From contig JBBREE010000001.1 of NCBI GenBank assembly GCA_038203255.1, positions 31,882-95,881 of the forward strand: a stretch of DNA of 64,000 nucleotides, read 5' to 3'. The notes under the pieces were generated by a model. It was not told the origin of the DNA. It saw only the letters and a program-made list of their open reading frames with translations, and did not search any database. Source of the DNA: Candidatus Moraniibacteriota bacterium (GTDB lineage: Bacteria; Patescibacteriota; Minisyncoccia; Moranbacterales; UBA2206). How positions within the stretch are numbered: position 1 is the first letter of the stretch; each line of letters opens with the position of its first letter. A program made the position numbers and the translations under genes. Below, one piece after another: positions 1 through 10,374 of this stretch.

Positions 1-331
1 CAATGTGATATCTCACACCCGGAAGATCTTTCACTCTTCCTCCGCGCAGTACCACAATGGAATGTTCTTGCAAATTGTGTCCGACACCAGGGATATAAGC
101 AGTTACTTCCATTCCATTGGTGAGGCGTACACGGGCAATTTTTCGTAAAGCTGAGTTAGGTTTCTTTGGAGTAGTCGTAGAAACTTTCAAACACACTCCT
201 CGTTTAAAAGGGCTATTAGTATCAATCGGCTTATTCTGCAAGGTGTTAAAAACATATTTAAAAGCAGGAGTTTTTGATTTAGCGACTCCGCTTGTGCGTG
301 GTTTTCTTTTGAGTTGGTTAATTGTTGGCAT
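1..331 (-). CDS. rpsL: 30S ribosomal protein S12 (partial, runs off window start)
   Basis: Own translation from ATG at 331: MPTINQL...KRGVC...[56 protein letters not shown]. Confidence 0.98.
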   Translation of the reverse strand, partial: MPTINQLKRKPRTSGVAKSKTPAFKYVFNTLQNKPIDTNSPFKRGVCLKVSTTTPKKPNSALRKIARVRLTNGMEVTAYIPGVGHNLQEHSIVVLRGGRVKDLPGVRYHI

Positions 332-442
332 GGGTAAAGTTCTTTAAAGTTAAATAAAAATAAGCCAGTTGCCTAGCAAAATAATAATATAGGATATATT
401 ATAAGCTGTCAATACTTCACTAATAATTCCTTCAGCACCTCC

Positions 443-1132
443 CTACAACGTCACCCTCAAAAACAGATTCAAAACCGCGTTCAAAAAGACGCCCAGCGGA
501 GCGGAAAAAAACAAGATAAAAATCAAAAGAAAGAAAAAACCGAATTGCTCAAGCATAATCATTGTTTCAGTTTTTAATTGAAAAACGGAAAAAAGAATTT
601 TTGAGCCGTCCAAGGGAGGAATAGGGATTAGGTTGAAAAAAGCCAAGATGACATTGATAATAATGATCACTACTAAAAGTTCAAAAAAGATTGAACCAGC
701 CGAACCGGCGATAAGCTCTGCTGCCCCGGTCGGGTTCAAGGCATTGGCCACAATCCCTTGCTTCACTGCTAATGGCAGGAAAATAAAACTGGCTAAAATC
801 GCTGAAACGGTAGCGATTAAGATATTGGAAAGTGGTCCCGCCACAGACACCAAGGCTGGTCCCCATTTTTGATCTTTCAAATTATACGGATTATACGGCA
901 CCGGCTTAGCCCAACCAAAAGCAAACCCGAGAGAAAGAAACATCAAAAGTGGCACCAAAAAAGAGCCCCAAAAATCCAAATGCTTCAAAGGATTAAGATT
1001 AAGCCGATCAGCATATTTAGCGGTCGAGTCTCCTAAAAGAAGCGCCATGGCGCCATGGGACACTTCGTGAATGATGACCGAATACAGAAGGATTATGATA
1101 TAAAAGACAATTAAGACAATTTCATTAAGCAT
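443..1132 (-). CDS. Site-2 protease family (M50) membrane metalloprotease
   Basis: HEVSH zinc motif, AGPLSN and FNLIPIPPLDG motifs, several TM segments. Confidence 0.93.
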   Translation of the reverse strand: MLNEIVLIVFYIIILLYSVIIHEVSHGAMALLLGDSTAKYADRLNLNPLKHLDFWGSFLVPLLMFLSLGFAFGWAKPVPYNPYNLKDQKWGPALVSVAGPLSNILIATVSAILASFIFLPLAVKQGIVANALNPTGAAELIAGSAGSIFFELLVVIIIINVILAFFNLIPIPPLDGSKILFSVFQLKTETMIMLEQFGFFFLLIFILFFSAPLGVFLNAVLNLFLRVTL

Positions 1133-1207
1133 AAATTTATATTAGGACTTGCTATTATTACTTTCTTATGCTAACTTATATTCTGTAATAAATCAACAAT
1201 GAAAATT

Positions 1208-1381
1208 ATGAGTCGAGTATGTGATATCTGTGGACGCGGTCCCCAAACCGGAAACAAAGTCAGTCATTCCCAAGTTAAAACGCCTCGAAAATATCAAATC
1301 AATCTTCAGTCTAAAAAGATAGACGGCATGGGCAAAAAGGTTTGCACCAAATGCATAAAAACCATGAACAAGACTGATTAA
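1208..1381 (+). CDS. rpmB: 50S ribosomal protein L28
   Basis: MSRVCDICGRGPQTGNKVSHS...NLQ...VCTKCIK. Confidence 0.96.
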   Translation: MSRVCDICGRGPQTGNKVSHSQVKTPRKYQINLQSKKIDGMGKKVCTKCIKTMNKTD

Positions 1382-1394
1382 GCCCACTTCAAAC

Positions 1395-1428
1395 AAAAAA
1401 ATCCCTCGATTAATTCGGGGGATTTTTT
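1395..1428. terminator. Intrinsic terminator between convergent rpmB and ndk
   Basis: AAAAAAATCCCTCGA-TTAAT-TCGGGGGATTTTTT hairpin with A and T tracts. Confidence 0.8.
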
Positions 1429-1477
1429 GTTTTGAAAGTGTTACTGAACATGTTACTGAACAAATTCGATAACAGAA

Positions 1478-2086
1478 TTATTCCAAGATACCGTCTAAGT
1501 TTACGTCGTATAAAATTTCATCTTGCACCAAGCGGTAATCGATGATTTCTTCTTTTTTAAACCAATGATTAATTTCCATTTCGGCTTCTTCGACTGATCC
1601 GGAAGCGTGAATTAAATTTCGCACACTTCGGTTGTCATCATCTGACATCTGGTATGAATCCAGAACGTAGTCTCCGCGAATTGTCCCGGGATCTGAAGTT
1701 AGGGGTTCAGTTCCACCAGTGATTTTGCGGATGATTTTGACTGAGTGAGCCCCTTGCCAAATCATAGCGATAACCGGACCGCTCGTCATATATTTTTTCA
1801 GATTAGCTAAAATTTTAGCCGTAATTTCCAATGGATCTTCAGAAGGAGGAGTTAGCCCTTTTTTCTTGTAACTTTCAATGGTCTTTTCTCCGGTCACGCG
1901 TCTCCAGTTTGGATCAAGGGTATAATGTTTTTCGATAAAATCAGTATCAGTCACCAACATTTTCATCGCCACTAATTTAAGCCCCAATCTTTCATAACGA
2001 TTAATGATTTCTCCGACCAAGGTTCTTTGCAGACCGTCCGGTTTTACGACCACTAGCGTTCTTTCTTTGGAATGATGCTTTTGCAT
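1478..2086 (-). CDS. ndk: Nucleoside diphosphate kinase
   Basis: ERTLVVVKPDG, GPVIAM, PGTIRGD, NLIHAS (catalytic His). Confidence 0.95.
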   Translation of the reverse strand: MQKHHSKERTLVVVKPDGLQRTLVGEIINRYERLGLKLVAMKMLVTDTDFIEKHYTLDPNWRRVTGEKTIESYKKKGLTPPSEDPLEITAKILANLKKYMTSGPVIAMIWQGAHSVKIIRKITGGTEPLTSDPGTIRGDYVLDSYQMSDDDNRSVRNLIHASGSVEEAEMEINHWFKKEEIIDYRLVQDEILYDVNLDGILE

Positions 2087-2176
2087 AAAATTTCTTTTCT
2101 TAAAATAATTTAATTAAAAACCTCTTGAGAAGGTTACAAAAAAAATTATACTCCCAAATTCCAACTCACGCAAGCA

Positions 2177-2205
2177 AAAGCCCGAAAAAAATTCCGGGCT
2201 TTTTT
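2177..2205 (-). terminator. Terminator after recA
   Basis: AAAAGCCCG...CGGGCTTTT hairpin. Confidence 0.7.
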
Positions 2206-2224
2206 CATCTTCTTTTTTTGTCCT

Positions 2225-3271
2225 CTATTTTTTCTCGACTTCCTTTTCAACCTCTTTCGTAACTTCTTTTTCGCTTTCCTGTTCTTTTTCTTTTAATTTC
2301 TTATACACTTCTTTCGTTATTTCTTTAATCAATTTTTGATCAGCTTTTAAAGTGGCTTTGGCGGCTTCTCGTCCGACACCTAATTTAATTTCCCCGAAAG
2401 AATAGGAATTGCCCTTCTTATCAATTACTTCATATTTAGCTCCAGTGTCCAAAATATCCCCGGACGCACTGATGCCTTCATTATACATAATGTCAAATTC
2501 AGTGGTGCGGAAAGGTGGAGCTACTTTGTTTTTCACAATCTTTATTTTCGTGCGGTTCCCTACAATCTCATCACCTTTTTTAATTTGCGCAGAGCGACGC
2601 ACTTCGATTCTCACTGAGCAATAGAATTTCAAAGCATTACCACCGGTAGTGGTTTCTGGATTGCCAAACACCACTCCGATTTTCATTCTGATCTGATTAA
2701 TGAAAATAACCGTACAATTACTTTTGGCCACAATAGCCGTGAGCTTGCGGAGAGCCTGCGACATGAGTCTGGCTTGCCGTCCCATATGGGAATCACCCAT
2801 TTCTCCTTCAATTTCAGCTTTGGGCACCAGCGCCGCTACTGAGTCCACTACAATCACACTAATTTGGCCGGAATTAACCAAGGTCTCCACGATGTCCAGA
2901 GCCTGCTCACCATTATCCGGTTGAGAAATGAGCAGATCATTAATGTTCACTCCAATCTTTTTAGCATATTCCGGATCCAGGGCATGCTCTGCGTCAATGA
3001 AAGCCGCTGTGCCCCCGGCGCGTTGTGCATTAGCAATAATATGAAGCGTCAAGGTAGTTTTCCCGGAAGACTCCGGACCATACACTTCAATCACTCGTCC
3101 GCGCGGAATGCCTCCGATCCCAAGTGCAATGTCCAAAGAAATCGAGCCAGTCGGGATAGATTCTACGTCCACTCTTTTAATGTCCCCCAATTTCATGATA
3201 ATCCCTTCTCCGAATTTTTCTCTGATTTCGTCTACCACTCCATCTATCCCTTTGCTTTTTTCTTCTTTCAT
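2225..3271 (-). CDS. recA: Recombinase A
   Basis: GPESSGKTT Walker [34 protein letters not shown]. Confidence 0.99.
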   Translation of the reverse strand: MKEEKSKGIDGVVDEIREKFGEGIIMKLGDIKRVDVESIPTGSISLDIALGIGGIPRGRVIEVYGPESSGKTTLTLHIIANAQRAGGTAAFIDAEHALDPEYAKKIGVNINDLLISQPDNGEQALDIVETLVNSGQISVIVVDSVAALVPKAEIEGEMGDSHMGRQARLMSQALRKLTAIVAKSNCTVIFINQIRMKIGVVFGNPETTTGGNALKFYCSVRIEVRRSAQIKKGDEIVGNRTKIKIVKNKVAPPFRTTEFDIMYNEGISASGDILDTGAKYEVIDKKGNSYSFGEIKLGVGREAAKATLKADQKLIKEITKEVYKKLKEKEQESEKEVTKEVEKEVEKK

Positions 3272-3340
3272 AATGTTTCCTCTTAGCCTATTAACCTATT
3301 TATCAGTTAATATTGTTAAGAATTTTAATATTATTTTTAT

Positions 3341-3414
3341 TAGAATGTTAACATGCTAATATTGCAACATGCTACCACTAGTGATATTTTATCATTGGTT
3401 CAAAAATCACGCAA
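3341..3414 (-). promoter_or_regulatory. recA promoter and candidate operator
   Basis: Minus strand TTGCGT-17-TAAAAT; downstream near-palindrome TAGAATGTT/AACATGCTA (3341-3358) and second AACATGCTA (3366-3374). Confidence 0.45.
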
Positions 3415-3426
3415 GCCCTTCTTTTG

Positions 3427-4515
3427 TTATTTCTTTTTATCCGTTTTTTTAGGGGGGTCTGCGACGACAGGAGCGTCAACTGCCTCGTTAGTATTAAGAT
3501 TATCACCACTTGCACTTTTAGTGTTTTTAGTGAAAGTCACTTCCCGTACGGCACCGGCGTCCGTGCTTAAAGCTCCGACTTCTTGACCATTAAGTTTAAT
3601 GAAAGTGGCTTTGCCATTACCAGAACTAATCACTATTTTTTCTTTAGCCGTAAAAGATTGCACCGTTCCACTGAGCATTGTGCCAGAAAACGCCGAGCTT
3701 CCATCCGTTTCCACATTAAGCCACACCGGCCCCGGATCAACTCGCAAATCCAATTGCACACCTTGTTCTTGCGACGCCACGTCGCTCCCAGAAACCTCTG
3801 CCCCGCTTGTGTCAGCACTCGCTCCAGCATTTTCAGTTGGATAATCCGCTCTAACCACCACAGTTTCAGAAATTTCTTTTTTAAATTTATTCACCGCTCG
3901 CACTGTGATATTATTGAGCCCTGATTGCAAAGTCAGATTTTCTCCAAATTTTCCATCATCTCCAACTAGGATTGGTTGACCATTAATAAACAAGGCTGCC
4001 TCCTTATCAGTTGAACCTTTCACATAAACCGAGTTGCCTTTGACCTCGCTGTTGTTGTCCGGGCTCAAGATAAGTAAGTTGGGTGCACTAGCAAAAGAAT
4101 CCACTTCGCGATAAAGAAAAAACAAACCTAAAATGACCACGACTACGACAGCCACAGCTACAATTTTTTGCGGGGTGAAAACGAAAGAAGAAATGTTAAT
4201 CGGCTTGATTTTTTCCGTTTTAGGTTTAAAGTCTTTCTCTAGGTTTCTCTTAATGCCCTTTTCCTTGTCATAAAGGCGGATAAGGATAGTTTCATCCACT
4301 CCTAAAAAATCAGCGTAGCTTCGTAAAAATCCTTTAGTGTAAACATCCGCCGGCAATTTATCATAATTTCCTTCTTCTAGGCATTCTAAATAACCCACCT
4401 GAATTTTTGTGGCTTTGGAAACTTCCCCTAAAGAAATACGCTTATCACTTCGAAGCTTTCTCAGCTTTTCACCCAAAGTCATCGTCCCGACACTTTTTTT
4501 AGTAAAACCATTCAT
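3427..4515 (-). CDS. RodZ-like protein (XRE HTH, TM helix, Ig-like and DUF4115-like domains)
   Basis: LGEKLRKLR...LEEGNYDKLPADVYTKGFLRSYA; TM; C-terminal VWLNVETDG...GNG...LNG; lies between ftsK and recA. Confidence 0.85.
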   Translation of the reverse strand: MNGFTKKSVGTMTLGEKLRKLRSDKRISLGEVSKATKIQVGYLECLEEGNYDKLPADVYTKGFLRSYADFLGVDETILIRLYDKEKGIKRNLEKDFKPKTEKIKPINISSFVFTPQKIVAVAVVVVVILGLFFLYREVDSFASAPNLLILSPDNNSEVKGNSVYVKGSTDKEAALFINGQPILVGDDGKFGENLTLQSGLNNITVRAVNKFKKEISETVVVRADYPTENAGASADTSGAEVSGSDVASQEQGVQLDLRVDPGPVWLNVETDGSSAFSGTMLSGTVQSFTAKEKIVISSGNGKATFIKLNGQEVGALSTDAGAVREVTFTKNTKSASGDNLNTNEAVDAPVVADPPKKTDKKK

Positions 4516-4524
4516 AGATAGAAT

Positions 4525-6963
4525 TTATAACTCCCACTTATCCCTCTTCTCTTGATCTCCAATCTTATCAGTATAACCAATGTTTTTTTCATCATTACCA
4601 ATATAAATTTCCCGTGGCTTAGCCCCATCAGCCGGCCCGACAATCCCCTGCTCCTCCAAAATATCCAGAAGTCTGGCCGCGCGCGCATATCCGATGCGCA
4701 AACGTCTTTGCAAAAAAGAGGCCGAGGCTTTTCTAGATTTCATAATCTCCAGTTTGGCCGCTGCCACCAGGGCGTCGTCCGATCCTTCCGTGGCACTATC
4801 TTTAAATTCCAAAATTTCTTTTTTTGATTTTTCCGTAACTTCTGCTGTTTCCTCTTTTTCTTTTATCCTTTGTCCGCAGATAAATTTCACCACGCGCTTC
4901 ACTTCCGATTCTCCCACAAAAACACCTTGGACTCTTCTAGGTTTTGGAGAGCTAGCTGAAAGATACAGCATATCTCCCTTACCCAAAAGTTTCTCCGCTC
5001 CGCCCATATCCAAAATTGTACGTGAATCAATCTGACTACCCACCTGAAAAGCAATTCGGGTAGTGATGTTGGCCTTAATAAGACCGGTAATCACTTCTAC
5101 GCTTGGACGCTGAGTAGAAACAATTAAGTGAATACCCACAGCTCGCGCCATCTGTGCCAGCCTCACCACAGCTCCCTCTACTTCCTTACCATGTGTTCCC
5201 ATGAGGTCAGCTAACTCATCAATCACAATAACAATGTATGGCAAATTTTTCAATTCCTCCTCTGTTGTTTCATTAGTTTCCGGGTCGGTTCTTTTTATCG
5301 TCTCGCCCGCTTTCATTTTTTCCCGATATGACCCAATGTCTCGCGAACCAGTGTCTTGCAATAAACGATAGCGTCTCTCCATTTCGCTGACCGCCCATTT
5401 TAAAGCGTTAATCACTTTGGAGTTTTCCACCACCACCTCCGTCAAGAGATGTGGGATACCATTATATAGAGAAAGTTCCACACGTTTAGGATCAACCATA
5501 ATAAATTTCAGATCTTCCGGCGAATTCTGATAAAGCAAAGTGGTGATGATAGAGTTTATCCCCACTGATTTTCCAGTCCCGGTCGCTCCGGCAATCATAA
5601 GATGAGGCATCTTGCTGAGATCGGCAAAAATATTTTCTCCGCCCACATCCTCTCCTAGCGCCACCATCAGGTTAGAACTTCTTTTTCTAAATTGCGAATC
5701 CTCCACCATATCTCGCAGTCTCACTACCATAGAATCCTTATTAGGGATTTCAATCCCAATGAGAGATTGTCCCGGGATAGGTGCCTCGATTCTGATTGGA
5801 TGAGCCGCCAAGGCTAAAGCCAAATCATTTTGCAAGGAAAGTATCTTGGAAATCTTCACCCCGACCGCCGGACGAAAACTATATTGCGTCACAGCCGGAC
5901 CGGTTTTGGCTGTCCCTCTCTCCACTTGAATCCCAAAATCTTTTAAAGTTTTTTCAATAATGGCAAAATTCTTTTCGATGTCTCCGCCCTTGGCCACGCC
6001 AAAACTTTTTTCCAAAAGATCTGCCGGAGGCAAAACCCATTTTGAACCTTTTAACATTTTGGCATATCCAGTTTCCTCGTCTTTTTTGTCATGCCTCGTG
6101 TGATCATTAATGTCTAAAGATTTCCTTTCCATCACTATTCTATTCGCATCCTCCTCGGCATTATGCTCAAATTTATCCGACACTTCCGGCGAAACAAATT
6201 GATCGCGCCCTTCGACAAATTTGATGTGAGAAATGTTTTCCTCTACTTGCGCGTCTTCGGCCGATATACACTCCGCGACTGAAATTCCTTCTGTACCGCT
6301 AGTGACATCAGCCTGAATTTCAGTCTCGTCTTTCTCTTCTGGCATATCACCCCCTTCATTGGACTCTAGTAAATCTTCAGCCTCTTGCGTTTCATTTTTT
6401 CCCTTTTTAAGTTTCATAAAAAAATGCGCGATGGAAAAATCAAAAATCAAAATTATTCCTAAAAACATCATTGCTAAAATAATAACAAAACTCCCAGCAC
6501 TACCCAGATATTTCACCAACGGATAATCGATAGCATAACCCAAATATCCGCCACCTTGCCCGGAAGAAGCCGCTTTCAACATTTTAGACGGATCGAAAAA
6601 CCAATGAGTCAACCCAACAAAGCTAAAAAGAGTAATGAAAAGACCAGCGGATTTAGTTACATAAAAAAAAGTTTCTTTTCTAAAAAGAAGAATTATTCCG
6701 CCCCCAATCAGAAAAAACGGGAAGATGAATTTCACCAGCCCCACTGAGGTAGCAATCAGACTATTTAAAAGTGCGCCCAGAGTCCCCGCTTTACCAAAAA
6801 AACCCAGAACTAAAATCAAAGCCAGTGCAAAAAGAAGAACAGCTACGATACTGCGCTTGACGTCTCCGGCCAAACTTCTTTTCGGCCGGCTCTCCATTTC
6901 TTCTTCCTCAATTTCTATTGCCTCCTGCGGTTTTCTTTTTTTTGTATATTTTTTTCTAGCCAT
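4525..6963 (-). CDS. ftsK: DNA translocase FtsK/SpoIIIE
   Basis: N-terminal TMs, PHLMIAGATGTGKS, DPKRVEL, DELADLM, QRPS, gamma domain LQRRLRIGYARAAR. Confidence 0.97.
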   Translation of the reverse strand: MARKKYTKKRKPQEAIEIEEEEMESRPKRSLAGDVKRSIVAVLLFALALILVLGFFGKAGTLGALLNSLIATSVGLVKFIFPFFLIGGGIILLFRKETFFYVTKSAGLFITLFSFVGLTHWFFDPSKMLKAASSGQGGGYLGYAIDYPLVKYLGSAGSFVIILAMMFLGIILIFDFSIAHFFMKLKKGKNETQEAEDLLESNEGGDMPEEKDETEIQADVTSGTEGISVAECISAEDAQVEENISHIKFVEGRDQFVSPEVSDKFEHNAEEDANRIVMERKSLDINDHTRHDKKDEETGYAKMLKGSKWVLPPADLLEKSFGVAKGGDIEKNFAIIEKTLKDFGIQVERGTAKTGPAVTQYSFRPAVGVKISKILSLQNDLALALAAHPIRIEAPIPGQSLIGIEIPNKDSMVVRLRDMVEDSQFRKRSSNLMVALGEDVGGENIFADLSKMPHLMIAGATGTGKSVGINSIITTLLYQNSPEDLKFIMVDPKRVELSLYNGIPHLLTEVVVENSKVINALKWAVSEMERRYRLLQDTGSRDIGSYREKMKAGETIKRTDPETNETTEEELKNLPYIVIVIDELADLMGTHGKEVEGAVVRLAQMARAVGIHLIVSTQRPSVEVITGLIKANITTRIAFQVGSQIDSRTILDMGGAEKLLGKGDMLYLSASSPKPRRVQGVFVGESEVKRVVKFICGQRIKEKEETAEVTEKSKKEILEFKDSATEGSDDALVAAAKLEIMKSRKASASFLQRRLRIGYARAARLLDILEEQGIVGPADGAKPREIYIGNDEKNIGYTDKIGDQEKRDKWEL

Positions 6964-7158
6964 ATGCAACTATATTATCATAAATAGACCAATCTTCCAA
7001 AAGATGCCTCTTCTTATGCCATCCTTTGAAAGCTGATACTTTTTAAATGCTGTTTTTTCTTTATTTATCAGGGCTTATCCACCCAGTCGGCGGATTTAAA
7101 AAGAGATCCCCTAGTGATCCCTTTTTATTGCCTATATTAATTTGTGTAGCTTATCGGA

Positions 7159-7320
7159 TTATAAAAGTCCGATATTACCAAAAAGTGTAAGAGTCATAAT
7201 TGGCATAAGAGCGATAAGGACTGCAAGTCCAAACTCTTCCGCCGCTTGATGCTCCGCCTCCCTTTTTTGACACTCAGGGCATTGGCACACGTCCTGTTTT
7301 TTTTCCAGTTCGTTTTCCAT
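7159..7320 (-). CDS. Small hypothetical protein with CxCxxC motif and C-terminal TM helix
   Basis: MENELEKKQDVCQCPECQ...FGLAVLIALMPIMTLTLFGNIGLL; start at 7320 preferred. Confidence 0.6.
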   Translation of the reverse strand: MENELEKKQDVCQCPECQKREAEHQAAEEFGLAVLIALMPIMTLTLFGNIGLL

Positions 7321-7481
7321 TTTGTTTTTGTTTTTATCAATTTTTTTCTTCTGTCTCACGACACAGGAAAAAAATGACATTTTTTAATTAATTATTAACC
7401 TATTTAGCCCCCTAAAACACAAAAAACGGGACTCATCACCCGTTCTTTATAATATAAGTATAGCGCATTTCGAGAGAAAAG

Positions 7482-8870
7482 TCAAGGGGTGTTTTCTTCT
7501 CGGTTATCTATCTTTATCCCAGGAGGAACAAGGCCTGCCCTCTCCCATCTTTTAAATTGATCCCTAGAAACATATTTGATATTTTTTGACCTCGTCCTAA
7601 CTCGCAATAAAAAGTTATCCACAATATGCTTTTTTATTTCTCCTTTTTCCAGCCCGCTCGCCTCACTTGCTTCCTGACATATTAAATCCAAATATTTTTC
7701 ATTAAAAGAGCCAAACAGGCGGGTGTAGAGCGACAACTTTTGAATTCTTTTATAGATCTTGTTTTGCGCAAGACCAGTTTCATTCTTATTATTAGTCAAA
7801 ACAACTTGGACTTCAAAATTTCTCGTGATAGTCATTTTCCCTTCTTCTCCATTCTTTGGAACTTTAATCTCTCCAGAAAATTTAGCCACTTTAAAATTTT
7901 CATTGGATGATTCGTTTTTTTCAAACGGCACTGAATTAATTCCCTGTTCTCTAAGTTTACCTCGCAGTGATTCATCTTCTTCATTACCAAAAAGATTAAC
8001 ATTCTCAAAGACAATTTTACCAGTCTCAAAATTATCCCTTAACGTTTCAGCCATGAATAAAAATAATTTGCTTGCTTCTTTTCCATTAGCAACTTCAAAC
8101 TTAAATCCTATTCCATCCCGTATTCTCTCTTCCATTGAAAAATCGGGCTTTTTAGCCAGCTTAGCTGTTACGCTTTCTTGAGTTTTTCCACGAAAACTAA
8201 ATTTAGCATCAGTCCATGAATTTTCGCCTGTCATTATACCAACGCGATTCCAATCTTCATCTTCTTCCTTGACAGTATGAAACCTCACGATGCCATCCTT
8301 GTCTTCTTTAAAAAGCTGCTCTGATAAATATTTACTTTCATTGAATAAATCCCCGAATTCCTCTGCGTCATATTCACGCTCGGCTATCATTAGACTAAAA
8401 AGAGCGCAGTAGCTCGGGCTCAATCCCAGATTGTCTCCTTTCTTCAAGAGAGTGGCTTTGTCTAGATATTTTTCCAAATCATGTAGGTTGTTAAATCCAT
8501 CCAAGTTTTCAATTTCACGCGGGAAAGCAGCTTTAGGATCAGCGCCAGAAACCAAGAATTTTTTGTAAAAATCTTTAGCCTCTCGCCAATATCTAGAAAT
8601 ATCAGGCAATTTATTTTCTAAGTCCTTTTTATCAATCTGCATGTTTTTGGAAATAACTTCCATTTTTTCATCACTGGTCAAGCCCACCGGGATAGAAAAC
8701 AAATCAATCGGCGTTATATTTTCTCCTTCTACTGAAAGGCCCCTGTCGAAAAGCACCTCCTTAGCAACTTCCGGTTTTTGGACCTTGGTGTAAAATTCCT
8801 TTTTTAGTCCAGAAGACATATCCTTAAATCCAAATTCTCCCATAAATTTAAAATAATTTAACTTATACAT
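7482..8870 (-). CDS. Hypothetical protein with degenerate RelA/SpoT synthetase-like C-terminal domain
   Basis: RGKTQESVTAK, IRDGIG, FEVQV and ETGLAQNKIYK in RelA/SpoT order; YxSxH absent. Confidence 0.55.
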   Translation of the reverse strand: MYKLNYFKFMGEFGFKDMSSGLKKEFYTKVQKPEVAKEVLFDRGLSVEGENITPIDLFSIPVGLTSDEKMEVISKNMQIDKKDLENKLPDISRYWREAKDFYKKFLVSGADPKAAFPREIENLDGFNNLHDLEKYLDKATLLKKGDNLGLSPSYCALFSLMIAEREYDAEEFGDLFNESKYLSEQLFKEDKDGIVRFHTVKEEDEDWNRVGIMTGENSWTDAKFSFRGKTQESVTAKLAKKPDFSMEERIRDGIGFKFEVANGKEASKLFLFMAETLRDNFETGKIVFENVNLFGNEEDESLRGKLREQGINSVPFEKNESSNENFKVAKFSGEIKVPKNGEEGKMTITRNFEVQVVLTNNKNETGLAQNKIYKRIQKLSLYTRLFGSFNEKYLDLICQEASEASGLEKGEIKKHIVDNFLLRVRTRSKNIKYVSRDQFKRWERAGLVPPGIKIDNREENTP

Positions 8871-8999
8871 TTATTATAGCACATAGAAAGACTGACTCTT
8901 GCCTTTTTTTATAGATTTGCTATAATCAATTTGTTTTGTAGATTCTAAATAGTCCTTGACCGGGCTATTTAAAAAACAACAAAATTAACAACTGAATAT

Positions 9000-9071
9000 T
9001 CCGCGATAGCTCAATGGTAGAGCAATTGACTGTTAATCAATTGGTTCCAGGTTCGAGTCCTGGTCGCGGAG
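9000..9071 (+). tRNA. tRNA-Asn(GTT), CCA not encoded
   Basis: TCCGCGA/TCGCGGA acceptor stem, anticodon arm ATTGA-CTGTTAA-TCAAT, GGTTCGAGTCC T-arm. Confidence 0.97.
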
Positions 9072-9213
9072 CTAGTGCAATTTAAGGCTTTTTAAAGCCT
9101 TTTTTTGTTGACAATCCTTGACTAAAAATAAATAGTGCGTTAATCTATATTGTTGCATTTATAAATTGAATAAAGCAATTTTAAAGTACCTTTTCAACTA
9201 TTGGAGGCATGCC

Positions 9214-10257
9214 ATGGATTTTACTAATGAACTTGAAAAAGCCAGGAAGATGGGTTGCGGAGACATCCGCAAGATATACCTTAATTTTATAGAAGTGTTA
9301 AGAGATTATATCAAAATCAGAAGTGTGTCGCTTCCCTTTCCATCAAGCAACCTAGTTCTTATTGGTGGAGGCTCTGGAATATCAACGGTCGGGAGATCTC
9401 TTTATGAAGTAGGCATCTCAAATTTTACATCTATAGCAAGCGTCATGGATGTTGGTGGTGGGAGTGGGGTCATTCAAGATAGATTTTGCATTCCTCACAT
9501 GAATGATGTAATGCAACACCTCATAAATATGAATCCCAGAAAAAATAAGTTTTCTGAATTTATGTCGCTACGAACATCTGACGAATGGAAGCAGGATGGA
9601 TATATCATGATAGCGGCGGCAGTTAACCTATTTGGCGTAGAAAGAGGAATTGACCTTATCGGTTGTCTATTAGAAAATGACCACAGAGCGCTTCCTGTTA
9701 CAAGCCAGCCGTGTGAGCCGATTTTTACTTACCGTGGCAGAGAGTATAAAACGTATGAATTCGCCTTTCTTCCCGATAAAATTGGCGTGGCGGATCATGT
9801 CAAACTTAATGTTTCAGCGAGCCTTCTGCCATCTGTGAGTAAATCTATACAAAACGCGAATGTAGCTGTAATTGGTCCGGGAGATATTCATTTTTCTATT
9901 CTTCCTCCAATGCTCGTGCCAGGAATGTATGAGGCCTTATGTCATGTAAGAAAGATAATTCTTATTGCTAATTTGACGGCGCGTAGAATTGACATCCCTG
10001 GCTTTACGCTCAAGGACTATATTGCCTTTTGGAAGAAAAAGTTACCACAAAAACCGAAATGCAATATTTTGGTTAATTCATTTCAAAACATCAATCAAGA
10101 AGATCCTCCCCTGAAAGATGACATTCACGGCGACTACTACATGGATTGCCACATTCATCGAGCTAACATCGCTGGACACAGCTTAAGCAGAAATAAACAA
10201 CCCCTTCATGATAAACATGCACTGGGGAAATCGCTTAAGTATATTCTAAATATATAG
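9214..10257 (+). CDS. YvcK/GlmR-CofD family transferase-like protein
   Basis: IGGGSG, DVGGGSG, VIGPGD...SILP motifs; GGAGG RBS before ATG 9214. Confidence 0.75.
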   Translation: MDFTNELEKARKMGCGDIRKIYLNFIEVLRDYIKIRSVSLPFPSSNLVLIGGGSGISTVGRSLYEVGISNFTSIASVMDVGGGSGVIQDRFCIPHMNDVMQHLINMNPRKNKFSEFMSLRTSDEWKQDGYIMIAAAVNLFGVERGIDLIGCLLENDHRALPVTSQPCEPIFTYRGREYKTYEFAFLPDKIGVADHVKLNVSASLLPSVSKSIQNANVAVIGPGDIHFSILPPMLVPGMYEALCHVRKIILIANLTARRIDIPGFTLKDYIAFWKKKLPQKPKCNILVNSFQNINQEDPPLKDDIHGDYYMDCHIHRANIAGHSLSRNKQPLHDKHALGKSLKYILNI

Positions 10258-10374
10258 TCCAGAAATAAAATTATCTAAACCCCTTACGCTGCCAAAGGAC
10301 AGCATAGGGGTTTTCTTTTTTGTATAAAAAAAGCGAGCTGGTGATTCAGCTCGCTTACTCGAAATTAATTTCAC

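Noticed and set aside
1439-1462. Tandem TGTTACTGAACA x2
   Set aside because: Lies between convergent gene ends with no promoter to control; probably a local duplication.
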